The notes under the pieces were generated by a model. The model was not told where the DNA came from, ran no database searches, and was given only the letters and a program-made list of their open reading frames with translations. A stretch of 40,632 nt of DNA from a virus. Its lineage: Duplodnaviria > Heunggongvirae > Uroviricota > Caudoviricetes. The stretch spans positions 1 to 40,632 of the IMG/VR virus record IMGVR_UViG_2541047846_000008; one strand, written 5' to 3'. The translations under genes and the position numbers were made by a program. Below are positions 1 to 8,933 of this stretch, one piece after another (position 1 is the first letter of the stretch; every line of letters begins with the position of its first letter).

Positions 1-420
1 ATGACGGATTATCAGCCATACAGGAAAGGAACTGTGCTTGCCCCAACTGGGCCATGCAATCATCTTCATGTGATTTGTAATGATCCTGTTTATTACCCCG
101 TTAACGATTGTTATTGTGTTTTAGTTGTTAATATTTCTAGTATCAAGGATGGTGTCCCCCACGATCCGTCTTGCGTCTTGAATTCTGGTGATCATCGCTT
201 TATCAAGCATCCAAGTTATGTTGTTTACGCTGAAGCTATAATTTGGCGAGTGGATAACATGGTTAGAAAGCAGCGATCGGGTGAGATTTCTGTTCATGAT
301 GATATGCCAGAAGCTACATTCAATAGAATTCTGGACGGTTTTGATATCTCTGATGAAGTTACGCCAAAGAACCTTAAATTTAAAAATAAATATTGCGTAT
401 CATCTATTGATGATGAGTAA
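1..420 (+). CDS. Hypothetical protein, AT-rich cargo ORF (may extend or start upstream of window)
   Basis: 139-aa ORF from track; AT-rich codon usage unlike the phage core; no recognisable motif. Confidence 0.35.
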   Translation: MTDYQPYRKGTVLAPTGPCNHLHVICNDPVYYPVNDCYCVLVVNISSIKDGVPHDPSCVLNSGDHRFIKHPSYVVYAEAIIWRVDNMVRKQRSGEISVHDDMPEATFNRILDGFDISDEVTPKNLKFKNKYCVSSIDDE

Positions 421-459
421 ACAACAGGAATTGTTTCGGTATAACTTCAGGAGTTTTCT

Positions 460-633
460 ATGGAAGATCAAAAAGCAACCAAGCCACAGGTTAAGTTCGA
501 CACAATGAAAGCATTCGCAGGTATGGGTGCTGCTGTTGAAGTTCTGATGAAGGCTGCTCCTAATGCGTTCACTCACGCTACTGTCTCTGGTAAAGAGCAG
601 CAGGGTAAGCTTCGTCGTCGCAAAGCAGCATGA
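460..633 (+). CDS. Small hypothetical protein (57 aa) with basic C-terminus
   Basis: ATG at 460 preceded by AGGAG about 7 nt upstream; ends TGA at 631..633, directly before a strong terminator; not in ORF track (under 60 aa). Confidence 0.4.
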   Translation: MEDQKATKPQVKFDTMKAFAGMGAAVEVLMKAAPNAFTHATVSGKEQQGKLRRRKAA

Positions 634-652
634 TCATAGCTGGTGCTTTTTG

Positions 653-678
653 AAAACCCGCCTTTAGGCGGGTTTTTT
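653..678. terminator. Bidirectional Rho-independent terminator
   Basis: AAAA-CCCGCC-TTTA-GGCGGG-TTTTTT: 6-bp GC stem, tetraloop, flanking A-run and T-run; sits between convergent genes. Confidence 0.7.
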
Positions 679-680
679 AT

Positions 681-989
681 TTAGTGATGTTCTTTGCCCT
701 TCTGTTTGCTTGTTCTGACCTGTTCCCACTCGATACGTCCTTCTTCTCGTCTTTTGTCTATGTATTCCGCAAGATCCTGAATATTGATGCAACGTTTTGC
801 TTTTTGTGATGTGCCGATGCGATATGTTGGAACGGGCAACTTACAAGCGTTTGCTTTTGCTTCTGCCGTGGCTGGACTCATGCCAAAGTACTTTTGGCTA
901 ACTGCTGAGAGTTCAATGTTAGGGGTATTGAATTCAGCCATCAGTAAAAACAAGGTGTTCATAATTTTCTCCATCAAAACCGGCTGCAC
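681..989 (-). CDS. Excisionase-like small DNA-binding protein (PrtN/Xis-like); true start probably an internal Met
   Basis: Small basic protein at the distal end of the leftward early operon; composition and position typical of phage Xis-like regulators. Confidence 0.45.
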   Translation of the reverse strand: MQPVLMEKIMNTLFLLMAEFNTPNIELSAVSQKYFGMSPATAEAKANACKLPVPTYRIGTSQKAKRCINIQDLAEYIDKRREEGRIEWEQVRTSKQKGKEHH

Positions 990-998
990 CCGGGAAAA

Positions 999-1574
999 TC
1001 ATAATTCTGTGCTGGTGGCAGGAATTAATTTCTGCCAGATAGCGGAAACATATTTTGCCTGATGACGGGCATCAGCCAGGGCGTTGTGCCGTTCGCCATC
1101 GAAAGGCATGTCCATTTTGGGGTCGAATCCGATGGAACGCCCAAGCGTAACGATCGTGCGTACATCGTGGTCATTCCAGTATGCCCACGGGCAGATTTGT
1201 CCTGCTCGCTCATAAGCTCCACGTAAAATTACGTTGTCGAAGGTGGCTCCGTTACCCCAGACTTTTAAATATTTCGTATTGTCTGCGTGCCGGTTAATGA
1301 AATGATTTAGTTCTGAGAGAGCATCGCTGATCGACAAAGTATCATCAATACAGATTGCAGCTCGTGCTTCAGGGCTTTGTTTCAACCACCACAGGATGGT
1401 ATCGCCGTCAGGTGTAGCTCCTTGCCCCATAGCACTTTCCAGGCTAACAACCGTATAGAATTCTTGTCCGATGTCTCCGGTTTCTGGAGTGAAGAACACC
1501 GCGCCAATGGAAACGATCGGTGCATCCTTATTTTTCCCCATCGTCTCAAGGTCGATCATTAAGTTGTTCATCAC
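999..1574 (-). CDS. DnaQ-like 3'-5' exonuclease (DEDD family)
   Basis: N-terminal MIDLETMG motif (Exo I D-x-E) and conserved acidic and His residues downstream; ~190 aa. Confidence 0.6.
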   Translation of the reverse strand: MMNNLMIDLETMGKNKDAPIVSIGAVFFTPETGDIGQEFYTVVSLESAMGQGATPDGDTILWWLKQSPEARAAICIDDTLSISDALSELNHFINRHADNTKYLKVWGNGATFDNVILRGAYERAGQICPWAYWNDHDVRTIVTLGRSIGFDPKMDMPFDGERHNALADARHQAKYVSAIWQKLIPATSTEL

Positions 1575-2380
1575 TTCACCTCTTGTGATGGTTTTGCTGC
1601 AAAATACTCGATACCTTTATCCCAGATAGATTTTATGGTCGACCACGTGACTGGCACTTTAATTTCAATACGTCCGCTCCCGTCACAGGTATCGCAATCA
1701 TCATCGCCAAAGCATTCCAGGCAGCTTATAAACGTAGTTTCTGAAAATTCACCGGATAGCGCCCCCTTAGCGCCGTTCTCGGCTGTTAGTCTCTTCGGCA
1801 CCATAACCCAACCATCCGGAGTTACCGGAGAGTTGCCAGACAGTGCGTTCTGCAATCGTTCCAGCTTAACGTATTCCTGAACCCTGTTTCCGTCGCACGC
1901 CTGAAGCCATTGCACAGCCTTTTGCGCATCAGTGTGAAAGGCACAAGTGCGACCGTCATCAAATTGCATTTCGTAGAGGTCAGCAACCTGTTTAAACTGC
2001 GTTTGTGGCAACTTGTAAGCCTGGCTTGCAGGTACGGCACCATAGAGCATGGCAGCGCGGCAGGCGTTCCAGCCTTCATCAAAACCGACTATGCCATTAT
2101 TTAAAGACGGACGAGCATCTGGCACCACCGGCACTGGCTTGGCTATATATAGCGGCTGAACATACCAGCCCTTTGATAACCAACTGTCAGCAATGTTTTT
2201 ACTCCTGGTTATTGCCGGAATACCTAAGCCATTGTCTGAATGCAGCCATGCCACCGGATCCTCTTCCAGCGATGCCAGAGCAATTTCATAAGCACGGCGC
2301 TCAACATTGTCTCGCACGTCCATGCTGCTGATTCGTTCTTTGATTTCTTTAATCAGTTCTTTATCGGTAAATGTGGTCAT
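1571..2380 (-). CDS. Hypothetical phage early protein with C-terminal Cys-rich (CxxC..CxxC) segment
   Basis: 269-aa ORF with start overlapping the downstream gene; Cys cluster CLECFGDDDCDTCDG. Confidence 0.55.
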   Translation of the reverse strand: MTTFTDKELIKEIKERISSMDVRDNVERRAYEIALASLEEDPVAWLHSDNGLGIPAITRSKNIADSWLSKGWYVQPLYIAKPVPVVPDARPSLNNGIVGFDEGWNACRAAMLYGAVPASQAYKLPQTQFKQVADLYEMQFDDGRTCAFHTDAQKAVQWLQACDGNRVQEYVKLERLQNALSGNSPVTPDGWVMVPKRLTAENGAKGALSGEFSETTFISCLECFGDDDCDTCDGSGRIEIKVPVTWSTIKSIWDKGIEYFAAKPSQEVK

Positions 2381-2742
2381 TATGCTCCAGCCTCCAGTGC
2401 TTTTGGCATTACTGCCCAGTGAGTGATGTTGACGTTTTCAAGGTCCCCGACCTGAAATGTCCACTGCCATTCTCCGGTTTCTTTTTGCCCCCATGTATAC
2501 CAGAGAGAACGCCAGCCAATCAGCCAGCCTTCTCCATTAGCATCAAATAACAGAACACTTTCATTCGCTGGCGGCAGTTCAGCTGACACTGGTATTACTT
2601 TGTTTTCCAGTGCTGCACATTTAGCTTCAAGCGCATCAAATTTACGCACCAGGTATTCAGCATCCGTTTCATTCACTTTCAGATCTCGCGGTACACATTT
2701 CCCGCGAAGAAATCCTTCCATTTCGAAAACATTCATGCGCAT
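2380..2742 (-). CDS. Hypothetical protein, YfdS-like (120 aa)
   Basis: 120-aa ORF in a block whose sizes and order match the CPS-53 yfdP-yfdS block; assignment by analogy, not sequence recall. Confidence 0.5.
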   Translation of the reverse strand: MRMNVFEMEGFLRGKCVPRDLKVNETDAEYLVRKFDALEAKCAALENKVIPVSAELPPANESVLLFDANGEGWLIGWRSLWYTWGQKETGEWQWTFQVGDLENVNITHWAVMPKALEAGA

Positions 2743-3269
2743 TTGCGTAACTCCGATAATTCGTTAAAGCGTTCCATAAACATCCCGTAGGCATGGCCTG
2801 GAGCCAGTGGAATCACGTTGAACATCTCTGTTGCCGGGATACCTTCCAGTACAGGCCAGAAAGAGCCATCATCAAGCCCGAGATCGCGGCGTTCGGTTGC
2901 CAGCATGATGAGATCGGCATATTTCACGGGCGTACTCATAACCGGTGGTAACCCGTATTTCTCACGGATTACGGCGTCTATTTTTTCTTCCATCCGTTTA
3001 TAGTCAGGAAGAAGGCGTTTCAGTGGTGCGGGAATGTCCTGGCAATACGCTTCTGTTGCATCATGCATTAACGCTTCAAAAGCAAATTCCTGCGGCACCA
3101 GCTGGCTGCAAAGAACCGCATGTTGGGCGACGCTGTAGAAGTGCGAAAGATGACCGGCAAAGCGACAGATATTTGAAAGGGAAACCGCGATATCGTTAAT
3201 ATCGATGTCGTCTTTATTTATCCTGTCATAATAAAAATGCTTCCCGGAAAAAGTTTTAATAAATGACAT
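2733..3269 (-). CDS. yfdR: HD-domain metal-dependent phosphohydrolase (YfdR-like)
   Basis: HD-domain His/Asp pattern (AGH..H, MHDATE); 178 aa from the internal Met (track ORF 2733..3296). Confidence 0.65.
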   Translation of the reverse strand: MSFIKTFSGKHFYYDRINKDDIDINDIAVSLSNICRFAGHLSHFYSVAQHAVLCSQLVPQEFAFEALMHDATEAYCQDIPAPLKRLLPDYKRMEEKIDAVIREKYGLPPVMSTPVKYADLIMLATERRDLGLDDGSFWPVLEGIPATEMFNVIPLAPGHAYGMFMERFNELSELRKCA

Positions 3270-3396
3270 TTTGTTCTCCACGTATATGCGCTGCACCGCG
3301 CTGAATTCTGCTAAAAAGAATCCCTCACCATCCGGTGATTATTGAGTTAATTACGTTTCCATAAATGCCCCCGCAGGGGCATTTGCAGTAATGAAA

Positions 3397-4221
3397 TCAG
3401 GCGGTGAAAGTACCAATAAAGGTTTCTACTTTGCTGTCTTTGAATTTCTCAACAAGCAGATCACGAAATTCGTTAGCCATTTCTTCCTGCACCGCTTCCA
3501 GCTGAATAATGCGCAGAACCAGTACAGGACGATCGCCAGTGATAATGCTGAGGCGTAATTTAAACGGACGTTCTTTCAGACCTTCAAACGGAACGCATTT
3601 AAATTCAAATGCCACTGGCATAATGTCTTTGGTCTTCGCTTCGACAGACTCCATCAGGGAGCGTTTGCCGCTGAAGTCATTGTCTTCAAAATCAGCGGTC
3701 TGGTTCGCTTCAATTGTGATTTTACGGATCGCCGCAGCCGCTTTGGTTGCCTGAATGGCGTCACCATTAGCATCAAAGCCCACAAGGTAGTCGGCCCAGT
3801 CTTCAATCCATTCTGCCAGTGACTTCTGGGAGTTACGCTCGCCATTAACAGACAACAGAGCATAGAACGGTGCTGTCTTTTTCAGTTTGAGAGTGGCGGT
3901 GTTATCTGCGTGACCTGGTTCATCAATAGTACCCAGGTTAAGCACACTGACGGCTCGCATATTATCGGCATCGATAAAGCAGCGGGTGCCTTCATCTGCA
4001 AGATCTTTAGAATAACGGGTAAAGTCATCGATGCTGGCAGTGGAAAGTGCACCACGGAAACGGAAACGATTTAAATTAAATTTTTCCAGATCATGAATGC
4101 GGAAATTCTCAGGCAATGCCACAGCATCGGCACCAATCTTACTGATAATTTCATTAACACCCTGAGCAGAAATAAGGGCATGGATTTGATTAATTGCGGT
4201 TGAGTCTAAGTTCTGAGACAT
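3397..4221 (-). CDS. yfdQ: YfdQ-like (DUF2303-type) phage protein
   Basis: 274-aa ORF; size and position match CPS-53 YfdQ; symbol by analogy. Confidence 0.55.
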   Translation of the reverse strand: MSQNLDSTAINQIHALISAQGVNEIISKIGADAVALPENFRIHDLEKFNLNRFRFRGALSTASIDDFTRYSKDLADEGTRCFIDADNMRAVSVLNLGTIDEPGHADNTATLKLKKTAPFYALLSVNGERNSQKSLAEWIEDWADYLVGFDANGDAIQATKAAAAIRKITIEANQTADFEDNDFSGKRSLMESVEAKTKDIMPVAFEFKCVPFEGLKERPFKLRLSIITGDRPVLVLRIIQLEAVQEEMANEFRDLLVEKFKDSKVETFIGTFTA

Positions 4222-4286
4222 AATAAGTCCTCACTATATTAAGATATTCAGTGATGAGATAAATAATCAGTTAATTAAGAACGATA

Positions 4287-4649
4287 TTAATGACCTGCTG
4301 CGCGGAGTTTTCCGTCAGGTTCACCGGCAAGAGTCAGTAATTGTCCCTGGTCTTCCTGCAGAATAGTCAGGCGACCACCGCGATTGACATACATCGGCGT
4401 TTCGGTGGTGTCTTCTTCGGAAATTTTCCCGCGGTTAGTCGGGCGAACATATGAGAGTTTGTGTTTGATTTTCACACGGTTCTCATCAAATGGTTCGATT
4501 TCCAGGTTGAGTGAGACCTTACCTTTGGTTTTCGTGTTCATCACACCTGAAGCGACTTCACTGAGAACTGCGCCGATTTTGGTTTCAAATACGCCGCCGT
4601 CCAGCTCCCCGATAAATGCCTGCACATCAGTACTGCGTTCGCTAGCCAT
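4287..4649 (-). CDS. YfdP-like hypothetical protein (120 aa; start at internal Met MASERS)
   Basis: Track ORF runs to 4835 but the N-terminal 62 codons are Cys/His/Arg-rich and look non-coding; internal ATG gives a 120-aa product. Confidence 0.5.
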   Translation of the reverse strand: MASERSTDVQAFIGELDGGVFETKIGAVLSEVASGVMNTKTKGKVSLNLEIEPFDENRVKIKHKLSYVRPTNRGKISEEDTTETPMYVNRGGRLTILQEDQGQLLTLAGEPDGKLRAAGH

Positions 4650-5520
4650 TTTGCTGCTCCTCATCATATCGACCCTGCAAGGTCGGTTGGTTTCTCCACA
4701 AAACAGAGAAGAACACCTGCGGTGGCAGCCGCCCGGATGGATTGGGTTATGAGCCCGTCGTCCGGTGATGTTCTTCTCTGTTTTGTAAAAAGAGCGGTAC
4801 CAGCCGGAAGCAAGTGTACAAACTGGTACCGCCAAAGCAGTGGCTGTTGTGGTGACCGGTGCTGATCTCCGGCTTGCGGTTATTTCAGACTCTCACGGGC
4901 GTTTAATTGCCCCGCCGAACAGCTCTTTTCCGCAATAGCTGCAATGTCTTTCGCGCATCAGCCTGCGCATTCACCACAACGCTGAGAGCACTTAGCCAGT
5001 TACGGCACCACACTTTGTCGCGGTTCCATAAATGCCCTCATCGTTGCACCCTGGTCTCTTCCCAGGCGTCAAACCGAATCGCCACGCTGGTTAGGCGTCT
5101 TATCAGCATCATCATTGACTTGCACATTCCGGCTACCTGGTTTGTTTGCCCGAGCAAGGAGTGGATTGTCCCCTTTAACGTCACCAGACCGCTAACGACG
5201 CATGTGCCATACGCCGTGTTACAACCAACCTTTCGTTAACAACAGTCTGTTGTTTGTTCAGATAATGATGCTACTAAAAGTAGCAAAAATCAACAACAAA
5301 AAGTAGAAGTGTGTATTTAATTTTTAGTTTTCTATATAACGTTATGAATTAAAAGGTTTTTCACAGATGGGGTGATGTGGCGTAGTTACGTATAGAAAAT
5401 ATCGAGTGTCTTTTGTTTTGGTTTAATTATTAGGTTAATTAGATAGTAATAATTTGGGGGAAAATAGTGGGAACTATGGATACAACGGGTCAGGAACAGT
5501 GTTATTAAGCAGGCTACGAG

Positions 5521-5545
5521 TATAAAACCCGACCGGTTGGTCGGG
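5521..5545 (-). terminator. Rho-independent terminator downstream of the ParA-like gene
   Basis: CCCGACC-GGTT-GGTCGGG hairpin followed on the minus strand by TTTTATA. Confidence 0.6.
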
Positions 5546-5581
5546 CGAGAATTATGTTCGTTCTAAATCATGGTTATTGTA

Positions 5582-6667
5582 TTACAGACACTTGACTACT
5601 GTTGAAACATCAGATTCTAGTGCTTCAATTTGTGCTCTATTAGCTTGGGTCGCCATACCATAGATAGTGTAACTCTTATGCTGCAGCCTACTTAAAGGGC
5701 ATCCCTCATGGTTTATTATTGCTGCAAGAGTATTACCATCTTTGACATTTTGAACTCTCTCGAAAGTAGCCACATTTGTGAACAGATGAGGATGTGTATT
5801 TAACAGGTCATCCGTGATTCTTTTGATCTCTTCTGCATGTGATTTGAATGCTTTTGCTGCATCACTTTCATTAGTTCTTGAGCGGTTTTGTACGAAAAGG
5901 TGTAGTTCAGGTAGTTCGATAAGGTTTTGCTTTGCTTCTTTGTTGAAATCTAAGAACATTTCATCTTGTTCTGACTTGTCAATAGACACTCCATAAATAA
6001 GTTTAACAAGGTTTTTTATTCCGCGAATTGATGCAGCATCGGCAGTGCAAGGGATAATTATTCTATTTGCCGCGACTACTCCCAATTCTGTGTAGCTGGC
6101 AAAACTTGGGTTACAATCAATAAAAAATGTTTTTGCTCTGTCAGAAATGTTTTTATCGGCTTCAAAAGATGCTATTAGATCTACCAGCAAAGATCGGCTT
6201 TTCTTCCATGCTTCTTTTACTGGGGATGAGCCAATGTGAGATATTAAGCGTGAACAGATATCAAGATCGACATCACCAGGAAGAATATATAAGTTCTCTG
6301 GCATTTTTGCATTAACATCATGGGCTCGTACAAAGTAAGAAGATTCATTTCCTAAACGAGACAAAGGAGATTTGCTAAAACGCTCCTTGATATAACCTGC
6401 GATTGTAACATTTCTGTCTCGCAATTTATTTAGATTTTCTTCCCCGGTACCATTGCCACCAAGAATAATTTCTGAAACGTTTGATTGAGGGCATGAGTCA
6501 ATAACCACAACATCTTGATCCGGATGAGATATAGCAAACTCAACGGCAAGATTATATGTAAGAAAAGTTTTTCCTACACCACCTTTGTTGTTCCATACTA
6601 AATATTTTGTATTGGTGGAAATCATATCTGCTACCCCATCTGTCGCTTCAGTACGTTCATTAATCAT
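5582..6667 (-). CDS. ParA/MinD-family P-loop ATPase with ~110-aa C-terminal extension; AT-rich moron next to repressor
   Basis: Deviant Walker A NNKGGVGKT near N-terminus, FIDCNPS and IIIPCTAD motifs; 361 aa; AT-rich; own terminator. Confidence 0.75.
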   Translation of the reverse strand: MINERTEATDGVADMISTNTKYLVWNNKGGVGKTFLTYNLAVEFAISHPDQDVVVIDSCPQSNVSEIILGGNGTGEENLNKLRDRNVTIAGYIKERFSKSPLSRLGNESSYFVRAHDVNAKMPENLYILPGDVDLDICSRLISHIGSSPVKEAWKKSRSLLVDLIASFEADKNISDRAKTFFIDCNPSFASYTELGVVAANRIIIPCTADAASIRGIKNLVKLIYGVSIDKSEQDEMFLDFNKEAKQNLIELPELHLFVQNRSRTNESDAAKAFKSHAEEIKRITDDLLNTHPHLFTNVATFERVQNVKDGNTLAAIINHEGCPLSRLQHKSYTIYGMATQANRAQIEALESDVSTVVKCL

Positions 6668-6901
6668 TATCGTATCCTGTTGTATAGAATTGTCTATTAT
6701 TTATGTTTTATTTTGGTTTTTTTTGTGTTAGTAACGCACCCAAAGATAACATATGGTCTTTATCTTTTCTTACTTAGGGTAACAGCTCAGTGTTAATCCA
6801 TTTTTATGGACCAATGTGCCAAATAAAATTTGTATAAAGATTTTCTATCCTTATCTTTTATCATCTGTGCTCGTTTGCTTTAACGATTGCTAGATGCCTA
6901 A

Positions 6902-7642
6902 TTAAAGTCGATTATATTTAATCGACTCATGAATCAGTGCCTTACCCATAACATAAAGCTGATCTTGCGACTTCTCATCAATGTACCATTTCTCATAGGC
7001 GGGGTTATCCGAAAGAACAGCTAGTTTGTTGCCTTGCATTTGTAGACGTTTAACATGGAAAGTCTTACCGTAAACGAAAGAGTAAACTCCATCAGTCTGG
7101 AAGTGGCGAACGGAAATGTCGACAAACAATCGATCCCCGGAAACAAGAGTTGGGGACATACTATCTCCATTTACCGTCATAACTTTTATATCATTCTGAG
7201 AACGGTTTCCGAAAAGAGAACGGGCATGTTCAGTTGTGAACTCAATGGCGTAGAGCACATCAACATAGTCTGAAAGCATATAGGTCCCAGGTCCTGCGCT
7301 AACGCTAAGATCCAAAACTTCTATCCTGTATACATCGGGCTTTGTTGGATTGGGGATGCTTGCCATTTCCTTACATTCCTCTCTATCTCCAACACCATAT
7401 TCTAGATATGAAGCTGATACTCCAAGAGCCAACGCAAGTTTACTCATGACAGAGACACGTGGCTTCGCTGCGCCGATTGTGTATCGACGAGCCATTTCAT
7501 ATGTAACGCCCACAAGACTTTTGAGTTGAGTGACAGAGATTCCTTTGATTGTCATCAATTCGTTTAGTCTCTTGGCGAAATCTGGATACTTCTGTTCTTC
7601 TACCATAGGTAGAAGATTACTCACATCACACGCGCTAGTCAT
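6902..7642 (-). CDS. CI-like prophage repressor (N-terminal HTH, C-terminal S24 LexA-like autopeptidase)
   Basis: HTH segment followed by VNGDSMSPTL (S24 catalytic Ser) and downstream Lys; divergent from cro; internal ATG start consistent with a leaderless transcript. Confidence 0.85.
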   Translation of the reverse strand: MTSACDVSNLLPMVEEQKYPDFAKRLNELMTIKGISVTQLKSLVGVTYEMARRYTIGAAKPRVSVMSKLALALGVSASYLEYGVGDREECKEMASIPNPTKPDVYRIEVLDLSVSAGPGTYMLSDYVDVLYAIEFTTEHARSLFGNRSQNDIKVMTVNGDSMSPTLVSGDRLFVDISVRHFQTDGVYSFVYGKTFHVKRLQMQGNKLAVLSDNPAYEKWYIDEKSQDQLYVMGKALIHESIKYNRL

Positions 7643-7644
7643 TT

Positions 7645-7680
7645 CTATTTTAAGTAGTTGCAATTTGCTATTTTAAGTAG
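7645..7680. promoter_or_regulatory. Operator region of the cI/cro switch: two copies of CTATTTTAAGTAG
   Basis: 13-bp partly palindromic direct repeats at about 7645..7657 and 7668..7680 between divergent cI and cro. Confidence 0.5.
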
Positions 7681-7712
7681 CATCATCCCTCTGAATTTCA
7701 GAGGAGAAAGGT

Positions 7713-7976
7713 ATGTCATCTCAAAACTACACAGAGAAAGCAGTAAAGGCTGCGGGAAAGTCTTTATCTGAAGTAGCCCGTCGCTTTGGTTTTAAGTCCA
7801 CTCAATCCGTCGCCAATTGGGTAATTAACAATCAAGTCCCGTCAGAACGGGTTTTACAACTTTGTGAGTTGGGAAACTGGTCCGTGACCCCTCATGAACT
7901 GCGTCCTGATATTTACCCCAATCCAAATGATGGATTACCTGAGTGCTATTCAAAAGTTAGCGGTTCAACTGCGTAA
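7713..7976 (+). CDS. Cro-like HTH regulator (YdaS-family-like)
   Basis: 87-aa ORF with GAGGAG RBS, divergent from cI; HTH-like core. Confidence 0.6.
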   Translation: MSSQNYTEKAVKAAGKSLSEVARRFGFKSTQSVANWVINNQVPSERVLQLCELGNWSVTPHELRPDIYPNPNDGLPECYSKVSGSTA

Positions 7977-8004
7977 ACGTAACCACAGAAACGAGGAATG
8001 AACC

Positions 8005-8589
8005 GTGGGTAAAGAACCTGAATGGAAAGTTGATAAGCAACCAGCATGGCTGGTGGCAGCAATACGAAGAACGATTGCTGATTTACCTCATGGCTATGAG
8101 GAAGCAGCGGAAATTCTTGGTTTGTATAAATCTGATGATATCACCCCAGCGAAAGATCAATTGCATAACAGACTGCGTAGCGGTGGGGATCAAATTTTTC
8201 CACTTGAGTGGGCCATGGTTTTACAGGATGCCAGTGGTACCAGGCATGTAACGGATGCGATAGCGCGTCGTAGTAATGGGGTGTTTGTGCCGCTGGTGGA
8301 CATTGATGACATTGACAATGGTGACATTAATCAGCGGCTGATGGAGTCAATAGAATGGATTGGCAAGCATTCCCAGTACTTACGCAAGGCAACTGCTGAT
8401 GGAGTTATTGACCAGGCTGAGCGTGAGCAAATCGAAGAGAACAGCTACCAAGTAATGGCGAAGTGGCAGGAGCATTTAACACTGTTATTTCGTGTTTTTT
8501 GTGCGCCGGAAAAGAGTAACGCCCGCGAGTGTGCAGCTCCGGGCGTCGTGGCGTCGATTGCTTCTGGTTGTGGAGAAACTAACGCATGA
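8005..8589 (+). CDS. YdaT-like / CII-type early regulator (GTG start)
   Basis: 194-aa ORF directly after the cro-like gene, the lambdoid cII position. Confidence 0.45.
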   Translation: MGKEPEWKVDKQPAWLVAAIRRTIADLPHGYEEAAEILGLYKSDDITPAKDQLHNRLRSGGDQIFPLEWAMVLQDASGTRHVTDAIARRSNGVFVPLVDIDDIDNGDINQRLMESIEWIGKHSQYLRKATADGVIDQAEREQIEENSYQVMAKWQEHLTLLFRVFCAPEKSNARECAAPGVVASIASGCGETNA

Positions 8590-8924
8590 ACAGTTTAACC
8601 ACACACTACCGTCGCTCGCAACTGATTGCGCTTCCTGTACCGGGTGGAAAAGCGAAGGTGGAGTATTGCTATGCGGTGAATGTACCAGGTGACAGGGAAA
8701 TTGTAACCCACAGCTTTGCAGAGTGGGCTGTGGGTGATTTCAACCGGCAGAAGGAGACAGTCCTTTGCAACAAGTTAACCGCTGGTTCAAAGATCACTAC
8801 GGAGTGCCCGTCAGAGTCATTCGTTGGGAACCGGAAACACAACGGGTTATCTACCTCCGCGAAGGCTATGAGCATGAGTGCTTCAGCCCGCTCGAACAGT
8901 TTCGTCGTAAATTCAGGGAAATAG
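8586..8924 (+). CDS. Hypothetical protein, probably frameshifted (C-terminal half continues in another frame to about 8944)
   Basis: ATGA overlap with upstream gene; frame-0 C-terminus is low-complexity while the alternate frame from about 8738 reads protein-like to a stop overlapping the next start. Confidence 0.3.
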   Translation: MNSLTTHYRRSQLIALPVPGGKAKVEYCYAVNVPGDREIVTHSFAEWAVGDFNRQKETVLCNKLTAGSKITTECPSESFVGNRKHNGLSTSAKAMSMSASARSNSFVVNSGK

Positions 8925-8933
8925 AGGTCGGTC

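Noticed and set aside
3363-3384. Perfect 9-bp hairpin (AAATGCCCC-CGCA-GGGGCATTT) between two early genes, considered as an intrinsic terminator
   Set aside because: No U-tract follows it on either strand, so it is unlikely to terminate; it may be a processing or stabilising stem-loop, but that is unsupported.
4650-4835. N-terminal 62-codon extension of the track ORF 4287..4835
   Set aside because: Cys/His/Arg/Gly-rich and non-protein-like; the internal ATG gives a compact 120-aa product, so the extension is probably untranslated leader.
4907-5239. 110-aa plus-strand ORF in the leader region
   Set aside because: Arg/His/Cys/Thr-rich composition typical of a spurious reading frame; no RBS; opposite to the flanking operon. 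Treated as non-coding.
5582-6667. ParA-like gene considered as a plasmid-type partition system
   Set aside because: No parB-like gene or centromere-like repeat array is adjacent, and the element has an integrase and attachment at dusA, so a classical partition role is not supported, though not excluded.
7713-8589. Cro-like and YdaT-like pair considered as a toxin-antitoxin system
   Set aside because: Their position right of the divergent operator, opposite cI, fits Cro and CII-type regulators better; nothing in the sequence supports toxicity.
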